Below, piece after piece: positions 54,676 to 64,000 of a stretch of DNA of 64,000 bases. The translations under genes were made by a program, and so were the position numbers. Position 1 is the stretch's first letter. Each line of letters starts with the position of its first letter. The notes under the pieces are model-generated. The model made no database searches. It was not told the DNA's origin and was given only the letters and a program-made list of their open reading frames with translations. This DNA is from the human T2T-CHM13v2.0 reference genome, Homo sapiens, in assembly GCF_009914755.1 (NCBI RefSeq), contig NC_060947.1; one strand, written 5' to 3'.

Positions 54676-54742
54676 AGAGAAATGAAATCTCACCTCTTGG
54701 AGAGAAATAGAGAAATGAAATCTCACCTCTTGGAGAGAAATA
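54676..54742. repeat. Perfect 33-bp tandem duplication
   Basis: agagaaatgaaatctcacctcttggagagaaat x2. Confidence 0.95.
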
Positions 54743-55279
54743 AAGAATGGTGTTGGCCAGCAGTGTTGATTATGGTGGCAATGATTAAAAAAAGAAGAAA
54801 TAAATCCTTCAGAGTGTCCTACAGATAGTGGCAGGTCTGTATTGCTGCCTAACCTGTGACCCAACAAGAGAAGGTCAAAAGACCTTTAGAAGGAGGCACG
54901 GAGTAGAAATATAGCCCAGATAACTGGAGAGGTTATAAACAGAAATAAAGGATGACTAAACATCCTCTAAGATGGTGTTGGAGGGAGAACAACCAGGCAC
55001 AGTTTTCAGTGGTATGAAAGGTCACATTAGGACTGCTATCTCTAGGCTTATAACTGAAAAGGAATTATTCTCATGAGTTTGGGACACTTCAAAATACAAA
55101 GTGAACAGAAAATTTACTGTAATTTCAATATTTATTTTCCTAACACAGTCTATACTAGAGCAAAGAACTCAGCAAAATATATTATTATTACCGCTATATT
55201 AATTGTACTTGGAGGCAATTAATCACTTCCCCAAGGCTTTGGACTGTCCTTTCCTGTAAACAGAGTACACTGCTGAACA

Positions 55280-55480
55280 GTTCGATGGTTCTCATATCTC
55301 AGTAGAGTGGTATCTACCTGGAAAGCTCAGTGAAAATATACATCCCTGGTTCTTACCTGCAGAGATTTTATTAGAGCATTAGCTTTGGGGTAGGAAGTTC
55401 TTATGAATCTGCATTTTTTTGTTTAATAGTTCCCTAGGCAAGTCTGATGAAGGTGACTCACAGACCACATTTTCAGAGAC
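55280..55480. mobile_element. MER5-type MITE
   Basis: atggttctc...gaatctgcatttt...gaccacattttcaga. Confidence 0.6.
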
Positions 55481-55789
55481 AATGATATCCATGATCTCAG
55501 GGATACTTTGAAATTCCCTAGCTCTTCCAAAGTTTTCAAATAATCTCAGTGAAACAATGTCTGAAATATTATTATTGATGAAATGATTTACCCCTCTGTG
55601 GTGGCACACTTCCTTTAGGGAACAGTTCAGAGTCTTTTTGGGTTTTTTGAAATTGTCTCTCCTGAGACTTTGTCAAATTCCCCTTCATTGTGAATCACTG
55701 CCACTAATTAAGCCACTTTTATGAATATATGTCATATTCTTAAGTGTGTTGAAAGGTGTTCTTTACAATAATAATGTCTAACAATTTTT

Positions 55790-57735
55790 TTTAATTTATT
55801 ATACTTTAAGTTCTGGGATACATGGGCAGAACGTGCAGGTTTGTTACATAGGTATACATGCAACGTGGTGGTTTGCTTCACCCATCAAACCGCCATCTAC
55901 ATTAGGTATTTCTCCTAATGCTATCCCTCCCCTAGCCCTCCACACCCTGACAGGCCCTGGTGTGTGATGTTCCCCTTCCCATATCCATGTGTTCTCATGT
56001 TCAACTCCCAAATATGAGTGAGAACATGTGGTGTTTCGTTTTCTGCTCTTGTGTTAGTTTGCTGAGAATGATGGTTTCCAGCTGCATCCATGTCCCTGCA
56101 ATGGGCATGAACTCATCCTTTTTATGGCTGCATAGTATTCCATGGTGTATATGTGCCACATTTTCTTTATCCAGTCTATCGTTGATGGGCATTTGGGTTG
56201 GTTCCAAGTCTTTGCTATTGTGAACAGTGCCACAATAAACATACGTGTGCATGTATCTTTATAGTAGAATGATTTATAATCCTTTGGGTATATACCCAGT
56301 AATGGGCTTGCTGGGTCAAACAGTATTTCTGGTTCTAGATCTTTGAGGAATCGCCATACTGTCTTCCACAATGGTTGAACTAATTTACACTCCCACCAAC
56401 AGTGTAAAAGCATTCCTATTTCTCCACATCCTCTGCAGCATCTGTTGTTTACTGACTTTTTAATGATCACCATTCTAACTGGCATGAGATGGCATCTCAC
56501 TGTGGTTTTGATTTGCATTTTTCTAATGACCAGTGACGATGAGCTTTTTTGCAGATGTTTGTTGGCTGCATAAATGTCTTCTTTTGAAAAGTGTCTGTTC
56601 ATATCCTTTGCCCACTTTTTGATGGGGTTGTTTGTTTCTTTCTTGTAAATTTGTTTATGTTCTTTGTAGGTTCTGGATATTAGCCCTTTGTCAGATGGAT
56701 AGATTGCAAAAATGTTCTCCCATTCTGTAGATTGCCTGTTCATTCTGATGATACTTTCTTTGCTGTGCAGAAGCTCTTTAGTTTTAATTAGATCCCATTT
56801 GTCAATTTTGGTGTTTGGTGCCATTGCTTTTAGTGTTTTAGTGATGAAGTCTTTGTACATGCCTATGTCCTGAATGATATCGCCTAGGTTTTCTTCTAGG
56901 GTTTTTATGACTTTAGGTTTTACTTTTAAGTCTTTAATCCATCTTGAATTAATTTTTGTATAAAGTGTAAAGAAGGGGTCCAGTATCAGTTTTCTGCATG
57001 TAGCTAGCCAGTTTCCTCAACATCATCTATCAAATAGGGAATCCTTTCCCCATTGTTTGTTCTTGCCAGGTTTGTCAAAGATCAGATGGTTGTAGATGTG
57101 TGGTGTTATTTCTGAGGCCTCTGTTATGTTCCATTGGTTTATATATCTGTTTTGGTACCAGTACCACGCTGTTTTGGTTACTGTAACCTTGTAGTATAGT
57201 TTGAAGTCAGGTAGCATGATGCCTCCAGCTTTGTTTTTTTGCTTAGGATTGTCTTGGCTATATGGGCTCTTCGAACCAACCCATATATTACATAATACAT
57301 ATATTTATGCTGAATATATGCAAATGTCCATCAATGATAGACTGGATAAAGAAAATGTTTCACATATACACCATGGAATACCATGCAGCCATAAAAAAGG
57401 ATGAGTTTACTCCAATAATAGACAAACAGAGAGCCAAATCATGAGTGAACTCCCATTCACAATTGCTACAAAGAGAATAAAATACCTAGGAGTCCAACTT
57501 ACAAGTGATGTAAAGGACCTCTTCAAGGAGAACCACAAACCACTGCTCAAGGAAATCAGAGAGGACACAAGCAAATGGAAAAACATTCCATGCTCATGGA
57601 TAGGAAGAATCAGTATCGTGAAAATGGCCATACTGCCCAAAGAATTTATAGATTCGGTGCTATCCCCATCAAGCTACCATTGACTTTCTTCACAGAGTTA
57701 GAAAAAACTACCGTAAATTTCATGTGGAACTAAAA
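55790..57735 (-). mobile_element. L1PA with a 5' inversion (twin priming) and a complex junction
   Basis: Minus-strand 3' part 55790-57271 (268-aa ORF2 C-terminal ORF) and plus-strand ORF2 piece 57409-57735. 17-bp TSD aatgtctaacaattttt at 55773 and 57736. Confidence 0.93.
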
Positions 57736-57751
57736 AATGTCTAACAATTTT

Positions 57752-57945
57752 TGAGCACTGCTTACCAAGCACTATAATAAACACTTAACATTACATTAGA
57801 TAGAAACTTATCTCCATTTGATAGATTAAAAAAACTGAGGATTTAAGAGGTTAAGAACTTGTACAAAGTACACATTCATAAGTGATGTAGCAGAGGTTAG
57901 AGCATACAACTCTATGACATCAAATTCTTTGCTCTTAACCATACA
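57752..57945 (-). mobile_element. MIR
   Basis: aaactgagg...agaggttaag...gctcttaacca. Confidence 0.7.
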
Positions 57946-58335
57946 GCAAGAGTGCTTTGGAGATACATTCCAGTGGAATAAGCAGTCCCTCTCCAAGAGC
58001 CTCATATAAAGGGCAATGAACCCTTAGAAGATTAGTACAATGTATCACCTGAGAGACTTGAGACAGTGAGCAAGTTGGCCCTGCCAGGTTATTATCTTTT
58101 GTAAATAGTGAGTCTTTTCTGCTTGTCTGGGCAGAGTGAACAAGTGAAGGACAAAACTTGATAGAGAGAAAATAAATGTGCTAATTCAGTTTCTCTGAAG
58201 TTTATATCAAAATCAAAGTTTCAACTTCAAAGCAATAGATGTGGGTGCCTGAGAATTTATCAGAAACACTCTAATGTCTTAAACAGCTGTGAGAAAAGTA
58301 AAATGAAAGTATGAGCAAAAATTCCTTTCCGGGGC

Positions 58336-58714
58336 TGCCATAATTTGAATGTGTCCCCCAAAGTTCATGTGTTAGAAACAATTTTCAATGTAACAGTGTT
58401 GAGAGGTTGGACTTTAAGAGGTGATTAAGTCATGAAGTTTTTGCCTTTATAAATGGATTAATGTTGTTATCATGGAAGCGGGTTAGTTATTACGAGAGAG
58501 TGGGCTTGTTAGAAAACAAGTACAACCCCCCTCTTGCTCTTGTGAATTCTCTCTTGCCCTTCTGCCATGGGATGATGCACCATAATTGCTTTCACCAGAT
58601 GCAGTCCCCTTGATCTTTGACTTCACAGCCTCTAGAACTGTAAGAAATAAATTTGTGTTATTCATAAATTACCCAGTCTCAGGTATTCTGTTATATATGT
58701 ACCAAATGGACCAA
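58336..58714 (+). mobile_element. MST-type MaLR solo LTR
   Basis: tttgaatgtgtcccccaaagttcatgtgtt...aatggattaatg...ataaattacccagtctcaggtattctgttat. Confidence 0.85.
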
Positions 58715-59434
58715 GAAAGGGGCTCTGTTTGGTCAGATTTGGGCCTGGAGGTGCCTTCTGTACTGACTTGCATAATAGACAACTGCCAACAGAAATCTTT
58801 GGCGCAACCACCAAATAACAGGGGCTCCCAGGCTTTCATGCTCTTTGGCACACATGCCCTCCAGTTCCACTATAGTCAAGAAGTATTAACAATAAAACCT
58901 CATTTAAATACAATGAGATTGCTCTCATCAATTGACTCTATCAATTGAAGGCTGACCAGAAAATCCTTTTGGTTTCAGGCTTTATTATAGCACTAATTCA
59001 ACAATATGCATTTGCATTCTCTTGCTAAAGACAATACAATAAATATAACATTTTTCTTCTTTTCTGAGTAAGAATATTATAGGCCACACAAATGATTATT
59101 CTAAACACACGGTCAACATTTGTAGATGTTCCACTGGAAAGGTTCCTAATCTATGAAGAATTTGGGGCAGTACCAGGGAATGCCGTCTAGCTGCCCAGGT
59201 AAGTCCTAACCAAGAAGCATGTCCCTTTCTGAGTTCATCATACTCCATGGTTTATTTTCATATCAGCAGGCTTGGAAAAAATGATGTTATTAAATTACAA
59301 ATAAAAGCATAAACTTTAAAGTTGGAATAGTAAGCCAATATCATGGATATCAATTTATATAATCAAATTATCAAAGTATCAAATGCTATTTAAAAATAAA
59401 ACTGTCACAAAGACCAGAATTTTTGTATTGACTT

Positions 59435-59660
59435 GGCCAGTGCTATCAAACCCTGGCTAACTAGATGTATGCCTTTAGGCATGTCACATAGCCTTACTAA
59501 AACCTCAGATTCCTTATATTTAATGTAGGGACAATAACAGTAACTACCTTACACAAGGCTCTTGAGAAGTCTAAAGAAAAAAAATGCATGTGAAGCTCTT
59601 CTCTTAGCACAATTTCTGGTACACACTCAGTCCTCAAAAGTCCTATCTGATATTATTATT
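59435..59660 (+). mobile_element. MIR
   Basis: ggcatgtcac...cctcag...gggacaataacagtaactacct. Confidence 0.6.
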
Positions 59661-60129
59661 GCTATTATAAAAACATTACTTAGTGAGGTTTCTTGTTAGA
59701 GATAACATCTGACGACCCAACGACCCTGGTTCAGCTTTCCATGAAGATTAAGCAAAAGCAAAATGGGTAATCACTCTGAACACCAAAACCAATAGCTCTC
59801 CTGTTGCCATATCTTTGGGGGCATTATTGCTAATTACAAAACCACTTATTTTCAAATAGAAATCATAATCATCACTAGGTGCTGACTCAAGCACTGTCAC
59901 TTGAGGGAGAGCAAACTCAATGTCTTGATGGACAATAAGGAGACACATGATCCTTTTCCTACTGCCTTCACTATGACTAAATATCTAAGACTTATACCAG
60001 TCTGAAAATTGTGAGCAATCTCTCCATTACAGAAATATTAGGAGTTATTTTATTGTGAGTTATTCTATTGCATTTTTAGTTCAAAGCATCGACAAACATG
60101 GTGATAAAGGTGTCCAAAGATAAGCAATT

Positions 60130-60650
60130 ACCAAAGATAGGCAATGCAAGCCTAAGGCCAAGGCCTGACTAATTTAGCTGGTAAATATACAAGAAGGTAC
60201 TTTTAGATTCAGAGAGTTTATTACTTACGTAGACAGGAAAAGGAAGAGTAGGCAAAGGTGCCAGGACCCCGTGATCCTTGTTTCATACAAAACAAGAACA
60301 TTGAAACAAAAAGCGCCAATTGACAGCAACAAGAGTTTTAGGATACTTTATGCCAATACTATACTTCAGCTAAGAGGTTTTATAGTCTGCAGCTCCATTC
60401 TGAGGAAGACAGTACAGAAATCCCAATATCTCACTGGAACACAGGAGTTAATGAGAAATTATCTCATGATAGTTTCACAGATGAGATAGGTAAGTAAGAG
60501 ATGACAGTTACTCACAGGCCTCCCATTTTCTCAAATTCCAGGAGGATTACAAGATATTTGCCAAGATTCAGATAAGTTTTTCTACAAGCCTTTGTCTGTA
60601 TGACCTACGTGGTTACCCGCAAGATTTCCAGGACATCATAGTGTAATCAT
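60130..60650 (-). mobile_element. Probable old ERV solo LTR, family not identified
   Basis: Minus-strand ctataaaa (~60377-60384) followed ~160 bp downstream by gtaagtaataaac (~60216-60228), an LTR-like layout. Confidence 0.4.
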
Positions 60651-61261
60651 TCTCCTATGGGAGGTAGACAATTATACTTCAATTCAGAAGAATCACACTA
60701 AAACAAAATAAGAGCTAGAAATTGGGTGTTATCAATATCAACCTGTTCTCAAGGGCAGATTGGAGTGGGAGATTCTACTAACATACAAGGGTAGAGTTGC
60801 CTCATTCTAGCTGCTTTTTCACAAAAGGGTCTGGAATTTAAGTTTTCCTGTCATAGAAATAAGAAAGTACTCTAATGGGATGTGTGCACATGTATTACTT
60901 AAACTAACAGGCTTGTACCATATGATAATGCCAGTTTGCTGTGTGGTTAACAGGTGTATGACCCTTACTATATAGTATTTCCTTTGAAATGATCTGGCAA
61001 CATTGTTCAAATGAATATTTGGAGGTGAAAGGACAAGACACATGCTTGTTTCGTGGCGCACAATGATTCTAAGGAGATCTCTTGTGAATTCATGATAAGT
61101 TATTACAGTAGAGCCAAACAAAGTAAAAACAAATTCAAATCTTATGTATGGACATTAAAAAATACTATAGGACAAGAAAAAGGTAACCTTATTATATGTT
61201 TAAAAAAGAAAGGTACTTCTAAAAATTAGATAACAAAGAAAACAGGACATTTGTTTTAAAT

Positions 61262-62064
61262 TATTTCTTTTTTCTTTTCCAACTTTTATTTGAAGTTCAG
61301 GAAGTACATGTGCAGATTTGCTATATGGGTAAATTGTGCATCATTGGGATTTGGTGTACAAATGATTTCATCACCCATGTAGTGAGGAAAGTAGCCAACA
61401 GGTAGTTTGTCTATCCTCACCCTCCTCCCAACCTCCATGCTCAAGTAAGCCCTGGTGTATATCATCCTCCTCTTTGTGTCCATGTCTACTCAATGTTTAG
61501 CTCCCACTTATAAGTGTGAACATGTGGTATTTGGCTTCCTGTTTCTGTGTTAATTTGTCTAGGATAATGGCCTCCAGCTGCATCCATGTTGCTGCAAAAA
61601 ACACGAGTTTATTCTTTTTTGAGGCTATATAGTATTCCATGATATATATGTACCACATTTTATTTAGTTGTTTGATGTTGATGGGCATCTAGGTTAATTG
61701 CATGTTTTTACGATTGTGAATAGTGCTGCAATAAACATATGTGTGCATGTGCATTTTTGGTAGACTGATTTATATACCTTTGGGGATATAATGACATATA
61801 CCTTTGGATATTACTGGATATACACCTAGTAATAGAATTGCTAGGTTGAATGGCAGTTCTAAGTTCTTTAAGAATTCTCCAAACTGATTTCCATGGTAGC
61901 TGAACTAATTTACATTCCCACCAGTGGTGTATAAGCATTCCCTTTTTTTCAAAACCTCACCAACATCTGTTATTTTCTGACGTTTTAAAAATAGACATTC
62001 TGACTGGAATGAGATGGTATCGCATTGTGTTTTTTATTTGCATTTCCCTGATTAGTGATATTGA
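61262..62064 (-). mobile_element. L1PA/PB 3' fragment
   Basis: L1 3'UTR and ORF2 end (WWECKLVQ...). Confidence 0.9.
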
Positions 62065-62069
62065 CATGA

Positions 62070-62358
62070 TTCCCAGCTCAGCAGTGTTGGGACATGGAGC
62101 CTTTTCAGCAGTGTTTAGGTCATGAGGGCTCTGCCCTCATGAATGGATTAATGCTACTATAGAAAGGGCTTGCAGGAGTGGGCTTGCTTTTTTTTGCCCT
62201 TCTGTTATTGAAAATGATGTAAGAAGGCCCACACCAGATGATAGTGCCTTGATCATAAACTTTTCAACCTCCAGAAATGCGAGAGAAGAAATATCTCTTC
62301 CTTATAAATTACCCAGTCTCAGGTATTTTGTTACAGCAGCATGAATGGACTGAGACAA
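62070..62358 (+). mobile_element. 5'-truncated MST LTR
   Basis: ggtcatgagggctctgccctcatgaatggattaatg...aatggactgagaca. Confidence 0.8.
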
Positions 62359-62359
62359 A

Positions 62360-63560
62360 GGTAAAAAGTGATATAACAAGAAATTAAAATATAAACATAT
62401 TTTACAGCTTTAAAAATATAAATATGAGAAACTCAATTAAATGAGTAATTTTCTAAATGACAGGAATCACCAAAGTTAAGTAGTAGAGAACTGAAATACC
62501 TAAGATCAATAACCATAGAAGAAAATGGGTAAGTTGTGACACAATGATCAAAGAAGTTTCCAAACCCAGATAGATAGTTCTGTAACTTCTAAAGAGCATA
62601 AAATTTTTATGGCACAGAAGTTTTTTTTGGACCATAGATGAAAATGGAAAAAATTAAATTAATTTCATGAAATTTATATGCCTCAATACCAGAATGTAAC
62701 ATATACAGGAGAAAAATATAAATTGCAAAGCAATCGCACTTATGGATATACAGCAAAAAACTGTAAAGTACTAGCAAATAAAATCTCTGACTTGTACGTA
62801 TTTAATAAATATAAGTGTGATTTCTAATTAAGCATGTATTAATATCATACACAACATCACTAGGCTATAGCAGAAAAAGGAACAAACCAACAAAAAATAT
62901 TGGAAAGGAAATTTAAAATTGTCATTATTGGTAGATAATGGTTGTTTACCCAGAATAGAAAATTTAAAATAATTAACTGAACAAGTATTAGATTTGTATA
63001 TACCAGTAGTTCAGTACTGAGGCCAGTTTCTAAAAAATTACTCAAAAATATCATGAACTACCCTAAATGGTAGATGCAGTCAGAAGACAAAGGGAAACAT
63101 TTCATTCCTTATGTATTGAATTATGAATATATTTCATATATGTGAAATTCCATTGTGTGTGTGTTTGTTTGTGTGTGTGTATATAAAATCAACGCATAAA
63201 AGTTAGCAAGAAAAGAAGAAAAATGTGATGGCTATGTCAGAAAATCTTCAAAATTTTTCTGAAAGAAATACAAGTTCACTTGCTTCATAAGAAGAATAAA
63301 GGTTGCAAGCATTGTAATTCTTTCAAATTTTAACATGCAAATTCATTCAATTACAATAAACACTATGGCTTTTTCTTTATTTGAAGAAGCAATTCATTTG
63401 TAAGGATAAATAGTAAAATTGAAAAAAAGATTGATGGAAGAGAGCACCTAGATATATTATTTTTGAAATCTCGTATATTTATTATTAAAGTAACAACTAC
63501 CAAAATGTGTTGTATTGACAAACTATTCAAATAATGCATCAAAAAATGAAGTGTTCACAA
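62360..63560 (+). mobile_element. Highly degenerate old L1M ORF2
   Basis: Weak ORF2-like text (atcgcacttatggatatacagcaaaaa...ctagcaaat; tcattattggtagataatgg). Confidence 0.45.
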
Positions 63561-64000
63561 ATTGGTAAATTTGGATGCGTTAATAAGTATGATGTTAAGA
63601 TCAGGTACTTTATACCTAATGGCAGTACACCATTCCTGAAAATCAGGTATTGTGTATAAAACATTAATCAAAAACTTCCCAATAACTTAAATTAGAAAAT
63701 TTATAGTGTAGTATTTTTACATGAAATCTCCAACTAATTTCCTAAAGCAAAACTACCACACAGTAAACCTATCCCATTACAAAGTAAAATGATTGAAGCA
63801 TTTCTTTCAGATCACCAAAAAAGTAATATTGATGATAACGAACCATCATTATGTAGTAATATGGTCTCTGAATTGCCTTTGAAGTGACATTTAACTCCAG
63901 TGGGTGCTAGGGTGTGAGGCTGTAGAAACCAAAATGACCCAATATTTTGTAATTAAAAGTCCTTGCAAATATATGTTTACACACATTTGTATACACATAC

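Noticed and set aside
53733-54742. Short direct repeats as a CRISPR-like array
   Set aside because: They are head-to-tail duplications without unique spacers, in clearly mammalian DNA.
54478-54828. 116-aa ORF with a hydrophobic stretch
   Set aside because: It has a non-ATG start, is lengthened by the 33-bp duplication, and has no splice or homology support.
56054-56860. Longest ORF (268 aa)
   Set aside because: It is the C-terminal part of L1 ORF2 in a truncated, inverted element, not a host gene, and cannot retrotranspose.

Overview
AT-rich primate genomic DNA, most likely human: it carries an Alu with all five AluYa5 diagnostic bases. No intact protein-coding gene is supported. Nearly all long ORFs in the track are decayed LINE-1 ORF1/ORF2, L1 5'UTR or Alu readouts. 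Most of the window is interspersed repeat: nested L1PA/L1PB/L1MA/L1MB elements, five Alus, MaLR LTRs, L2, L3/CR1, MIR and hAT MITEs. The main non-repeat signal is a chain of about 11 AG/GT-bounded, exon-like segments on the + strand (<1 to ~37.6 kb). Their decayed translations repeatedly show the hydrophobic-pair-X3-F/L-X2-W spacing of Sfi1 centrin-binding repeats. I interpret this as an old, intron-containing (unprocessed, probably unitary) pseudogene of an SFI1-repeat protein, with three of its exons hit by L1 insertions. Other oddities are a ~95-bp inverted templated insertion copied from an L1 5'UTR 1.3 kb away, a three-segment 5'-inverted L1, and a perfect hairpin in unique sequence. Repeat subfamily calls and boundaries were made by eye and are approximate.
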